A DNA stretch of 64,000 nt from Salpingoeca rosetta (taxonomy: Eukaryota; Protista; Choanoflagellata), in NCBI GenBank assembly GCA_033442325.1, contig JAWQFM010000029.1, positions 717,486-781,485 of the forward strand, in the 5' to 3' direction. Each line of letters starts with the position of its first letter. Positions within the stretch are counted from its first letter, which is position 1. Position numbers and translations under genes: made by a program. Below are positions 41,479 through 61,925 of this stretch, one piece after another. The notes below the pieces were generated by a model. That model ran no database searches. It was given only the letters and a program-made list of their open reading frames with translations, and was not told the DNA's origin.

Positions 41479-41575
41479 ATGACGGACACTGAGCTTGTGT
41501 CGCCACCCCAGGATGGCATCTCCTCTGTTGTGTTTTCTCCGACCAGCAACTTGCTTCTCGTTGCTTCCTGGGACA

Positions 41576-41610
<35 letters not shown>

Positions 41611-41635
41611 TGTCTGTCTGTCTGTCTGTCTGTGT

Positions 41636-41715
<80 letters not shown>

Positions 41716-43384
41716 ATGGGTAACTTTTGTGTTGCTGTTCTTCTACCAGTACACTTGCGTTTGTTCGTCGTCGTCCTCCTCCTCCTCCTCCTCCTCCACC
41801 TCCGCCTCCTCCTCATCTGGAGAAGGTAAAAAAGAGACCGCCGAGACTACCTATTTGATCGGTGACCATAGCTCATTTTTCGTTACTGGATAGAAGTGGG
41901 CTGCTCAGGGACATAGAAGACATAGACGTATAGCGATCTTGATTACAAAGCACAGTGATAGTTCCTCATTTCGCGCTAAACGNNNNNNNNNNNNNNNNNN
42001 NNNNNNNNNNNNNNNNNNNNNNNNNNNNNNNNNNNNNNNNNNNNNNNNNNNNNNNNNNNNNNNNNNNNNNNNNNNNNNNNNNNNNNNNNNNNNNNNNNNN
42101 NNNNNNNNNNNNNNNNNNNNNNNNNNNNNNNNNNNNNNNNNNNNNNNNNNNNNNNNNNNNNNNNNNNNNNNNNNNNNNNNNNNNNNNNNNNNNNNNNNNN
42201 NNNNNNNNNNNNNNNNNNNNNNNNNNNNNNNNNNNNNNNNNNNNNNNNNNNNNNNNNNNNNNNNNNNNNNNNNNNNNNNNNNNNNNNNNNNNNNNNNNNN
42301 NNNNNNNNNNNNNNNNNNNNNNNNNNNNNNNNNNNNNNNNNNNNNNNNNNNNNNNNNNNNNNNNNNNNNNNNNNNNNNNNNNNNNNNNNNNNNNNNNNNN
42401 NNNNNNNNNNNNNNNNNNNNNNNNNNNNNNNNNNNNNNNNNNNNNNNNNNNNNNNNNNNNNNNNNNNNNNNNNNNNNNNNNNNNNNNNNNNNNNNNNNNN
42501 NNNNNNNNNNNNNNNNNNNNNNNNNNNNNNNNNNNNNNNNNNNNNNNNNNNNNNNNNNNNNNNNNNNNNNNNNNNNNNNNNNNNNNNNNNNNNNNNNNNN
42601 NNNNNNNNNNNNNNNNNNNNNNNNNNNNNNNNNNNNCTCCTCCTCCTCCTCCTCCTCCTCCTCCTCCATCCATCCTCCTCCTCCTCCTGCATGCTGTAGC
42701 ACCAAACCAACGGTGTGCTCCTGTTTCTACCTCCTCCTCCTCCTTATTCTGCCTTTCGTCCTCTGTATCTGTCTCTCCAACTTTTCACTAGACGTGCCGG
42801 CTTTACGACGTGGACTCCAACACGCTCAAGTTCACGTTTTCGCACGATGCACCGGTGCTGGACTGCGCCTTCCTCGACGACACAACAGCTTTTGGGTATG
42901 TTCATGATAGTGGGCCGAGTACAGCAGCGCGTTGGCTCGGTTTGCTTGTACTGTGTGTGTGTGTGTGTACACGAGAACGTGAGGGCTCGTGAGCATGTTA
43001 CTAGCTTGCAGCGAGTGACAGCACACACGTGTTTGCACTCACACACTCACACGCACACGCGCGTGTTTCCACTCCCACACATTCACATTCACACACACAC
43101 ACACACATACACGCACGCACACAACGCGCTCGCGCTTGCTTCTTCCCAAGTGCGGGGATTGACAAACAGCTGCACAAGTACGACTTGACGACTGGCAAGA
43201 GCTCCGTTGTCGGGTCGCACAGCGAGGCCATCAAGTGTGTGGAGTGCTCGATCAAGCACGGCGTGGTCATAACCGGCAGCTGGGACAAGACCATCAAGCT
43301 GTGGAATCTCGAGTCCCTCGAGTGCGTCGGCGAATACGCCCAGCCAGACAAGGCATGTGGGGGTGGAGGTGTGCGTGCGTGTGC

Positions 43385-43449
<65 letters not shown>

Positions 43450-45754
43450 TGTGTGTGCATCTGTGCGTCTGTGCGTGTGTACCTGCTTCTGCGCCGACAT
43501 CATGTCCGCCAAGTTGCCTGTGCGCATTCATGCTTCGTGTTGACATGCCCATCTCACCCCCTCGCGGTATCTGTCAGGTGTACACGATGGCGTTGGCTGA
43601 TGACCGCGTGATCGTCGGCATGGTGCGTTCCAGAGCACATATCGTGATGGCGTGTAGATGAAGGGGAGGATGGTGTGTGCTGTGTATGTGCGTGTGTGTG
43701 TGTGTGTTGTGTTGCGTGTGTGTTGTATATATGTGTGTGCTGTGTGGTGTGTGTGTGTGTGTGGTGTGTTGTGCGTATGTGTGCGTTCACGCTGTCACAT
43801 CACTGATCCTGCCCTTGGCTTTGTTGCTTTGGGTACACAGGCTGGTCGACACGTGTGGGTGTGGAACCTCAACAATATGGTGAGAAGCACAAGTGCGTGA
43901 ACGTCCATGTGGGTGCATGTTTGTCATTCTATCTTCCTGTGTTTTTGTCAATTTGTCGACCCATGCGTGCGTCTGTGGACGGCCAACGCATCTTCTCACC
44001 AGCAAACGCACACACACACACACACACAACACAACACAACACAACACAACACAACACACAACACAACACTTTGACAACACAACACAACACAACACAACAC
44101 ACAACACAACACAACACAACACAACACAACACAACACAACACAACACAACACACAACACAACACAACACACAACACAACACAACACAACACAACACAACA
44201 CTTGACAATCACCAGAGTGCGGTGGAGCAGCGACGAGAGTCGAGTGTGAAATTCCAGACCCGGTGCATCCGTGCAATGCCGGACGCCCAAGGTGATGCGC
44301 GCATCTATGCACACATATGCACACACGTGAACCTACACGCACAAACGTGTGTTCACGCGCACGCATGAATGCAAGCGTGCATACACACGCATACACACAA
44401 CCCATAAACAACCTTCTCACACTCATCATACCCATCTCTCATCTCGTACACCACCAACCACACCCAGGGTATGTGCTCGCGTCGATTGAGGGCCGTGTTG
44501 CTGTGGACTATCTCGACCCGTCTGAATCGTCGCAGAAGCGCAAGTTTGCGTTCAAGTGCCACCGCTCGAAGGAGAACGGGCGTGATGTCATCTACCCGGT
44601 CAACGCCGTCGCCTTCCACCCAACGTGCGCGCACTGTGCTGTGTGTTGTGTGTGTGTCTGTGTGTCTGTCTGTGCGTGTGTGTGTCTGTGTGTCTGTATG
44701 TGCGTGTGTGTGTCTGTGTGTCTGTCTGTGCGTGTGTGTGTCTGTGTGTCTGTCTGTGTCTGTCAGGTGTGTGTCTGTCTGTGTGTCTGTGTCTGTGTGT
44801 GTGTGTATTGGACTGCTGGATTGGGATTGTGTTTTCCTCTGCATTTTCTCTTCCTGGGCGCCTCTGCAGCAAACGCGACCTCACCATTCGTTTCTCCCAC
44901 CACCACCACCACCACCACCACGTGGGTTCAGCTTTGGCACGTTTGCGACGGGCGGGTGCGATGGGCTCGTGAACGTGTGGGACGGCGTCAACAGGAAGCG
45001 CGTGTACCAGGTGATGGTGCCGGTGGAGTGGTGGTGGCGGCGGCGGTGGTGGTGGTGGCAATGTTACCTGCAGTGGGGGGTGGTGTGGGAGGAGATATGA
45101 CGCGTGCACGGCTTGTTCACCGCTTACTCGCTACGCATGTACACTCACACACACACATTCACACACGGTACCACGCCGACCACCACCACGACCACCATCG
45201 TGACTGCCCGTCGTCAGTTCCACGAGTACCCGACGAGCATTGCGTCGCTGTCGTTCAACCACGACGGGTCGCTGCTCGCCATTGCCGCATCGTACACATA
45301 TGAGGAGGGCGACAAGCCGTAAGCTGACGCTGTTGCTGTCTGGTGGTGGTTGTGATGGTGTTGCTGTCTGGTGGTGGTTGTGATGGTGTTGCTGTCTGGT
45401 GGTGGTTGTGACGCTGTTGCTGTCTGGTGCTGGTTGTGACGCTGTTGCTGTCTGGTGCTGGTTGTGACGCTGTTGCTGTCTGGTGCTGGTTGTGATGGTG
45501 TTGCTGTCTGGTGCTGGTTGGGGGGGGGTGGCATTTGTTGCTGTTTTGTTGCTGTTGTTGCTGTTGTTGCTGCTGTTGTTGTTGTTTTGTTGTTGCTGCC
45601 ACTGCTCCGACAACTTTTCTTCTTGTTCTTGCTCTTGTTGCCATAGCTCACGCGTCCCTGCGCCAACCCCTCCTCTTTCGCCAGCCACCCGCCCGACGCC
45701 ATCTTCATTCGTCGAATCACGGAGGAGAACGTCAAGCCAAAGCCACGCTCATAG
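41479..45754 (+). CDS. BUB3: Mitotic checkpoint WD40 protein BUB3
   Basis: [95 protein letters not shown]; stop at 45752-45754. Confidence 0.93.
45325..45520. repeat. 28-bp minisatellite, about 7 copies, in the last BUB3 intron
   Basis: Unit tgttgctgtctggtg(g/c)tggttgtga(tgg/cgc). Confidence 0.9.
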
Positions 45755-46199
45755 ACACACACGCGCGCACGCACACACACACGCACACGCACACGCACAC
45801 GCACACGCACGCACACTCAAATCAACACACGCACCATATGTTCCACGTTTTTTTCTGGTGTTGTTTCTTCACTGACTAACAATACAATCACGTTTCGTTT
45901 CAAACAAATGAACAAGAAACAAGCAATAGCTCAGAAGGAATGCGACAGCAACAAGCAGCAGCACACATATGAACACGCCCGAACAATCATCACATCACAA
46001 TCACAAACAACAACACCACGCCCAGGTGCTGCAAGGGGTTTTGGTTTTCATATGGACAAGGGGACAAGCGAACGCGCAGAAACGAGGGGAAGGGACGCTG
46101 GCAGGTGCTTGTATGTGTGTATGTGTGTAAGTGTGCACATGTGTCTGTTTCCACGTGCACATGTGCAAGTGCGTGTGCGTGCGTGTGCGCGCGTGTGGG

Positions 46200-47228
46200 C
46201 TATGCGGTGTGTGTGCCTGCGCGGGGGCGGAAGTGTGGATCTGTGGGATCGCTTCGTTTCGTCGCCTGGAACTTCCACGCTTTTGCAATCAACCTCACCT
46301 GTCGTCACCGTGGTCGCAATGATGGTGAGTAGTTGGTGGTTGGACACACACGCGGATTGGACGACACAGCAACATCCAATGCACAAAGAGACATCGCACT
46401 CTCCACTATCATTGCTAACAAGCGAAATCACTCACACATACACACACACACACACAAGAACACACACACACACACACAAACACACAAGAACACACACACA
46501 CACATACAACCAAACAAACAAGCAATCAAACACCAACAAGATACGGACCGGGATGATGGACGTCTTGTCGTTCTCCTCCTCAATCTTCTGCAGCGTGGCG
46601 GCATCGAGCAGCGGGAAGCGCACATGGTCGACAACACCACGCAGGACCTCCGCCATCGTCTGGTCCGTCACCACAGAGTTGACTGTGCCCCACTCCTTGA
46701 CAGAGGCAAGCACGTCCACCTCGTCAATCTGCAGGTTGTCGCTCTGCAGGATAAAGGCGAATGTGTCCGCTGACATCTCGACAAAGTGGCGGGACTTGAA
46801 CACGGCGCGCGTGTTGTCTTCCACAAACCGCATGCACGTGTCACGCAAGTCTGTTTGGTTGTACGCAATGGCCGCCTGAAAAAAAAAAAAAGATGGGAAG
46901 GGGGGTTGTGGAGAGAGTGAGGCGTGAGGCAAAGGTGGGTGGCGTGTGGTGGACAGTAGAGGGAGGAATGACGCACGTATCAAAAGGAAGCAAAGAAGAC
47001 GCATACATCAACATGTGCGCACTCATGTACGAGCACACACACACAACACGCACACCTGCATGGCGCTGCATGCTGTGTCGACGGTGAGGTGAGCCTTGAT
47101 AAAGTCTGAGCAGCACTGGGCAAGCCCGTCCAACCCATACTCAATCGCAGATGCCAGCACATCCACCACCGTATTCTGTGTCAACTGGCATCGGTTCGTG
47201 TAGATGAACTCCAGCACCGTCAGAAACA
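46200..47228 (-). CDS. BTBD19: BTB/BACK protein, BTBD19-like; 5' exons not found
   Basis: VFLTVLEFIYTN..VLASAIEYGL / FVEMSADT..LQSDNLQIDE..VRFPLL / LIAKAWKFQA..PRAGT* matches the BTBD19 C-terminal two-thirds. Confidence 0.75.
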
Positions 47229-47300
47229 CTGCAGCGTGTTCAGGGCACATGGCAGTGTGTGGTTGCACAGGACATGAGCTGATGAAGACAAATTATACTC

Positions 47301-47347
<47 letters not shown>

Positions 47348-47744
47348 AGCAACAGCTGCAGTGACGGGAGCAGCGACAGTGGCAGCAAAAGCACCGGCAG
47401 GGACAGTGGGAATCGCGACAAGAATCGCAAGTACAAGTGTGTCTCTTGCTCGAGGTCCGTCACCAGCTCAGTCACACCCTCCCAAGCACATCGCGGTCTC
47501 CTTTGGCTGTGTGTTTGTGTTCGTGTGGTGTGTATTGGTTGGTTTTGTTGTTGGCAACAAAGAGCAGCCGCTAAGAAATCCCTGAGTCAGCAATAACACG
47601 TTTCCCATGTGTAGGGTTTCAGCCTACATCTAGGGTGTGAGTCATTCTTGCTTGTGTTTGTGGGCGCAGCACTCCTTCCTGCCTTCCTTCCTCTCCAAAC
47701 CACACGCGATCTCGCTCGTTGGGTTGTTGTGACTCGACGAAAAG

Positions 47745-47865
<121 letters not shown>

Positions 47866-48050
47866 CATATATGAGGTGAGAGTGCGATCCTTGTGTGTAT
47901 GAGGTGAGAGTGCGATCCTTGTTGTGTTTGTAATAAGAAGTGAAAGCTTCATTTTGGCTCACTCACGCGCACGCCGCTGCAAACCGTGTTTTGTGTTTGT
48001 GCGCAGTTAGTTGTCAATTTACATTACAAAACCAGGTCCAAACCGCCACG

Positions 48051-48496
48051 ATGGGAAACATTCTGTGTGACGGCAGCCCAATTGAGTCGGATCCCCGGTA
48101 CCGCTTCCAGGGCCGACAATGGGAGACCTCCATGATGGACGCCCCCTGCAACAACTGCAAGGGTACGAGAGTGCGTGTGTGTGTTTGGGGGGGGGGAGTT
48201 TGTGTGTCTTTCTCCCTGTCTCTCCGTCTGTGTGTGTGCCTGTGTGTGTGTGTGTGTGTGTCCAGACATTTCCCGTTAACGACCGTCAAGCTGCGCAGCC
48301 CCTCCCGGGTTACCAGTGGATAAAAAATATCAACGGGGGCCGTTCCTGGCATTTTATACTGTCCGTAAATCGAGTTGCCTCATGTGTTCCCCAGACGAGG
48401 TTGATCCGTCTGAATTACCAATAGTAGTATTGTCTACTGAATTATCCACGTCTTTTTTAGTCGGTTCAGTCATCGGTTATGTCTAATATGTCCTAT

Positions 48497-48545
<49 letters not shown>

Positions 48546-50147
48546 CTGTGTGTGTGTGTGTGCCTGTGTGTGTGTGTGTATGTGTGTGTGTGTGTATGTG
48601 TGTGTGTATGTGTGTATGTGTGCATGCTCTGTTTGTCTGTGCGTCTTTCTCCCTCTCTCTCTGTCTGTCCTTGCCTCTCTGTATGTGTGTCTTTCTTTTG
48701 CCTGGATGCAAGCACAGCTCAATGAACGCCGCACCTCTCACTTCCTTCGCCTTCCTCTCCTCCTTCTCACTCGTCTTTCTTCTACCAGGCTGCTTCCTGG
48801 CCATGTTCTGCCCGTGCTGCTTTGCGTACCACCTTCGTGTGCTCGCCCTCGAGGGCCGCATGGAAAACTACTCTTGCTGCCAGGGCTACCTCTGCCCAAC
48901 GTGCACGTCCAAATGGTGCGTATGTCTGTCTGTGCGTTTGCGCGCGTGTGTGCGTGTGCGTGTGTGTGTGGCGTCATTATTTGTGGCAACAAATACTCTC
49001 ACTCTCCCTCTCTTCCTCTTCCTCTCACTGCAATACGTCACCCCACCTTTACTCCACCAGCATCCCTGGCCAGGACTCGTGCCCGGAGTTTTGTCTGTGT
49101 CTTGAGGTCACGCTGTGTGAGAACTTTGCCATCTCCTCCACGCGCTTCTACATCCAGGACCAGCGCCAGATCATGACTGACCCATGTGTGTACTTTGTTG
49201 TGCTTATGCTTGTGTGCATGTGTGTGTGTGTCTGTGAATGTGACTGTGTTTGTGTGGCTGTGGCTGTGTGTCTGTGTACGCCCCGATACTTTCTCGTGTG
49301 TGCACGCTCCTTGCGTTTCCAAGTACCTGCTTGCGTGCCTCTCTCTCTCTCTCTGTCTCTCTGTCTCTCTCTCTCTCTCTCTCTGTCCGTCGCCATCTCC
49401 TGTTGCTGACATGCATTGCTCGCTCTTGCCTTTTCCTCGGCATACGTCCATCTCCATCATCATCACCGATCGACACACGCAGGCGACAACCGCATCATTG
49501 TAAGTCACACATCACCACCACAGATGCATGCACACTAGCAAACGCGCCACATGCATCCACACGCATACACACCCCATGATGCACCCACGCACACGCGCCA
49601 CATGCCTCCACTTGCACGTGAACCTCACCTCACACTCCTCAACCCTCCCCTCCCTCCCCCCCCCCTCTCTCTCTCTCTCTCCTTCCGCCCCCCTGTCTGT
49701 TCATGCGCACAGCGGTTCAACAACTGCGTGCAGATTCTGTCGTTTGTGTGCCACATCCTGGCCATCTTCTTCCGCGAGCTGCGCCACCTCGCCCACCTCC
49801 TCGACCTCTTTGCAGACCTCGTCTACTGTCAGTTTGTGTACTGTTGCTTGTGCGTGTGTGTGTGGAGGCGGGGGTGTCTGCCTGTCTGTTATGTGTGTCT
49901 GTGCATCATCTGCACAGTGCTTTGAACACCAGCCCTTCCCCCTTCCGCCTCGTTCACACACACACACACACACACACACACAGGCATGGTGCAGGCGTGC
50001 ATGCAGGCGCAGACGCACCACGAGCTGACGCTGCACCCGACGGCCGTCGACTATGGCCAGGCGCCGCGCACCATCACGCAGCAGCCCACCGCATCAGACA
50101 AGGCCCCGCTCATGGGACACCAGGCCCCGCCCGCATACAGCGAGTGA
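48051..50147 (+). CDS. PLAC8/CNR-family cysteine-rich protein
   Basis: WETSMMDAPC, CFLAMFCPCC, YSCCQGY, CPEFCLCLEV, STRFYIQD, DPCDNRII, ACMQAQTHHEL; 5'-UTR intron at about 47745-48035. Confidence 0.85.
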
Positions 50148-50987
50148 TGACACGACGCTTGTGCTTGTTGCCACGGTTTTCGCTGTTCTTCTCCGCGTTC
50201 GTTGTTGTCATTCGTTTGTGGATGGCCTGTCGTCTCAGGGGGGTCTCATGCTTCCCCAGACAATCAACACACACACACACACACACTCCTCCGCCGTCTC
50301 TCTCCTCTCCGTTCTCCCCTCTCCTTTCTTGCCTTCTTCACGTGCAAGTTGTTGGTACCCCTTTGCCTTACTTGCGTGTTGTTGTACTCGCCCCACCTGC
50401 TTTGTGTTGCTGTCAACCCCTCACTCCGCTTGCATGTATGACTTCTTCGTCCATCCTCTGCCTTGTTTGCTCGTTCACTCTGCTTTACCCTGAGCACTGC
50501 CAGTGCCAAGCGTTACGCGACACACACACACGCGCGCGGCCACCTCCTTTTGACTGCTGCTGTCGTCCTCTGTTGTCTGTCTTGGTTCTTGTTCGCGGCG
50601 CGTGTGCATGTTTTCATGCACGTGTGTGTCCTGTGTTTTTGATGCCCCCACTTCCTATATGAACCATCCTGCTGCTGTCATGCCACATTGCGCATCAACA
50701 AGAGAGAGCGTGTGTGTCTGTGTGTGTATCTGTGTCTGTATCTGTCTGTGTGAGTGAGAGAGTGAGAAAGAGAGTGTGTGTGTGTGTGTGTGCGTGTGCA
50801 GAGAGAGAGAGTGTGTGTGTGTGCGCGCGCATGAGTCATCAAACCACGCACCAAGATTTTCAGAATGCACGGGTTGAAGTCGCTAAACAGCAAGCCGGTT
50901 TTTTTTTCTTCGGCGGCGGATTTGCTGACACACACCGACCACTCACTCACCACCGATATCCACGCAACAACGAACCGAGCAGCCATC

Positions 50988-58268
<7,281 letters not shown>

Positions 58269-58427
58269 TGGCGTGTGTGTTGAGGGGGGGGGGCAGTGGT
58301 GATGTGGCATCGTAAGTATGTGGTGGTGATGCTGATGGGACCTTTTTTGTTGTTGATTTCGTTGATGATGAACATAAATGAATGAAGCCATGTGATTGGA
58401 ATGAATAACCGCAGTCTTGTGATGAAC

Positions 58428-58555
<128 letters not shown>

Positions 58556-58759
58556 GGGTTTTTGCCAAACTGGCTTCTTGCTTGCGTGGGTGGTAAAAAT
58601 GAGTTTACCACAGGCGCTTCCAGAAACGCAGACGACCACCACAACCGCGACAACGTGCACACCCATCCATCCACACGACCTGCATTCACCACATCACAGC
58701 AGCACATCGCACATCGCACCATCACCGGCCGGCAAGAAGCGAAAAGGAAAAACGCCACG

Positions 58760-58916
58760 ATGACAACAACGCAAGCGACCGCAGAGTGTGTTGGGATTGA
58801 CCTTGGCAGCGCCGCCATCGTTGCAGGGCGCCTGCTTCCCAACGGCGCTGTCGACATCCTCCTCACACCGACCGGCGGACGCGCAACCGCCCCAGCAGGT
58901 GCAAATTGTGTCCTAA

Positions 58917-59010
<94 letters not shown>

Positions 59011-61860
59011 TGGGAGTGAGTGAGGTGACACCTCACAGTCATATCTCCCTCGTTCGCTCAACAGTACCGCCTTTCATCCCCATTCTGCTCTGCAAGCGTT
59101 TCCTACTCACCTTGCCACAAACGCATACACACGCTCATCTACCCACTTGCAGTGTCGTTCCAGGGGAAGCGGCGATATGTTGGCCAGGGTGCAATGGACC
59201 TGGCCACCTCCAACATGCGCAACACCATCACAGACTGCATCGAGGCCATCGCCGGCGAGCATGAGACCAGCGCCGACAACGCCCGCGCCCGCGACGGCAT
59301 CATCGTGACGCGCGTCCCACACACGTGCGAGGACGACGGCACCGTCAAATACACGGTGCAATACGAGTTGAAGGAGGGCGAGGACCAAGCCACCTTCACG
59401 TCCACGGAGATCCTGGCCATGCTGCTGATGGAGGCCACGGCATCCCTGGACGCCACATCCCCGCACACGATTGTGCTCGCCATCCCAGACGTGTACGACG
59501 ACCAGGCACGCAAGCGGGTGGGCGATGCGTGTGTCCTCGCCGCCGAGCTGAGCGGCAAGCCGCTGTCGTTCCACGTCGTCGGCAGCAGCGTGTGCCTGGC
59601 AGAGCGCTTCACGCAACGGTATGCGGGCAAGGCGACCCCCAGCACCAGCAGTGATGGCACTGCCAACGATGGCGACGGCAACAACAACGACAACGACACA
59701 GATGATCACACCGAATATGTCATGATTGCTGACGTTGGCAAGGCGTTCAGCAGCGTGAGCGTTGGCCTACACGTCAAGGGGACGGGAGCACTGGAGCTGT
59801 TGCACACGAGCAGCCTTCGCTTCGGCTGCGACGACCTTGACGCCGCCCTGGCCAAACACGTGCTGGAACTGCTTGCACGCAAGAACGTGCAAGTGGACAC
59901 GTCGAAGCGCGCCGGCCTGCGACTGTTGAAGGAGTGCGGTGCAGCCCGCAAGATGCTCAGTGCCAACAAGTCGGCAACGGTGGTGCTGGAGGCCTTTGGG
60001 CCCAACGACGACAACTACCACTTTGACATTTCACGCGACATGTTTGAGTCTGTCTGCGCCACGGAGCTGCAACGCTTCAAGGCCGCTGTCACCGAAGCCA
60101 TGACGGTCAGTGGTGTTGCTGATGATGCGGCGGCGAAGGTGGACGGTGTTGAGCTGGTGGGCGGCGCCACTTGCATCCCCATGATCCAGAACGCCCTCGT
60201 GGTCGCTGTTGGCGGTGATGACAGCAAGCTGCGCTGCACGCTCGACCGCTCTGCCTGCGTCGCCATTGGCGCGGCGTTGCTTGCAGGCAAGATCGTCGCA
60301 GACGAGAAGAAGGAGCACAAGCAGGAGAAGAAGGAAGAAGGGCAAGTAGATGACGACGACAACAAGGCTGACAAGGCAGCGGAGGGGGATGCGGAAACAC
60401 CAGCTGTCGATGGGCTGGTGGCCCGTGTTGGTGGCGTGGCGCAGTGGTCATCGGATGACGCCAGCAAGAGCGACACCGTCGCCCGCCTCAAGCAAGTCAT
60501 CGACCAGGACGCTTTCATGCGCAGGGTATGTTTGTGCGGATGATAACTCGTGGCGGGGGGGGGCATGTGTTTGTGTCTGTGTGTGTCTGTGTATGTGTAT
60601 GTATGTATGTGTGTGTGCGCCTGTTTGTACGTGTGTGTGTGTATGTGTATGTATGTGTGTGTGCCTGTGTGTGCGTGTGTCTGTGCATGTGTGTGTCTGT
60701 GCATGTGTGTCTGTGCATGTGCATGTGTATGTGTGTAGGTGTGTGTCTCTGTGTGCCTGTGTATCTGTCTGTGTGGTTATAGCCGTCTGTCGCTCCCTCT
60801 TTCTCTCGTATCCTCACATTCTGCGTTCCGTCGGTGGTGCAGATCATGGATGCGCGCAACACATTGGAGGCGTATGTGCTCAACGCCAATTCCCTCGGCG
60901 ACGGCCCGCACGGCAACCTGTTCAACCGCGAGCAGACGCAGCCCCTCCTCGACGAAGCGCTCGAGTGGATCGACAGGTGTGTGCGTGTGTGTGCGTGCGT
61001 GTGTGTTCGTGTGTGTGTGTGTGTATGTGTGTGTCCGTCTGTGTGTGTGTTCGTCTGTGTGTGTGTGTCCGTCTGTGTGTGCGTGTCCGTCTGTGTGTGC
61101 GTATGTGTGTGTACTGCGCAATCGGTCTGCGCCTGATCACCCGTTCACCTTCACCTCCACACCACCTAAATACCACGCCAATGCCATCGCCCTTCTTCTC
61201 AACGCGTGCAGCGATGCAGCGCACGAGACAACGACGCCCGAGCCGTTTGAGGAGCGGTATGCGCAGCTGAAGGCCAAGGTCGAGGAGATCAACGCAGACA
61301 TGTTCGCCAAGATCGGGGCCGACGAGGAGGAGAAGGCAAGGCAGGCGAAGCAGGAGCAGGAGCAGTGGGTAAAAGACCGCGAAAACGAAGGTGCGCATGT
61401 GTCTGTCTGTCTGTCTGTCTGTGTGCTGTGTGTGTGTGTGTGTGTGTGTCTGCCTGTGCGTGTGTCTGTCTGTCTGTCTGTGTCTGTCTGTGTCTGTGTT
61501 TGGTCAGCAGTGAGAGGAGGGAACGCTGCGATTCTTGTTGTGGCGAGGACGCGTGTCGTTCTGCGTCTCGCTCATCCACAGCACACGAACACACGCGCAC
61601 GAACGTGCCTTGGCCGCAACCGACCACAGACAAGGATGACCACGACTTCCGCAAGCTTCCAAAGGAGAAGCGCATGCAACAGGTGATGCGCAACAAGAAC
61701 GAGGCGACGGAACTGTTCAAGGGCGGCAACTACGCCCACGCCACCGCGCGCTATGCACGTGCACTGGCCCTCACTACCAAGTTCTTTGACCTCTCCCCAG
61801 ACGACGAGAAGGAAGTCAACGACGTCAAGGTGTGCTGCGCTGTGCTGGGTGGAGGTGATG

Positions 61861-61925
<65 letters not shown>

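Noticed and set aside
45325-45520. Possible CRISPR-like array
   Set aside because: Head-to-tail 28-bp units with no unique spacers and no cas genes; an ordinary minisatellite.
41479-45754. RAE1 instead of BUB3
   Set aside because: C-terminal motifs ([26 protein letters not shown]) are BUB3-type.
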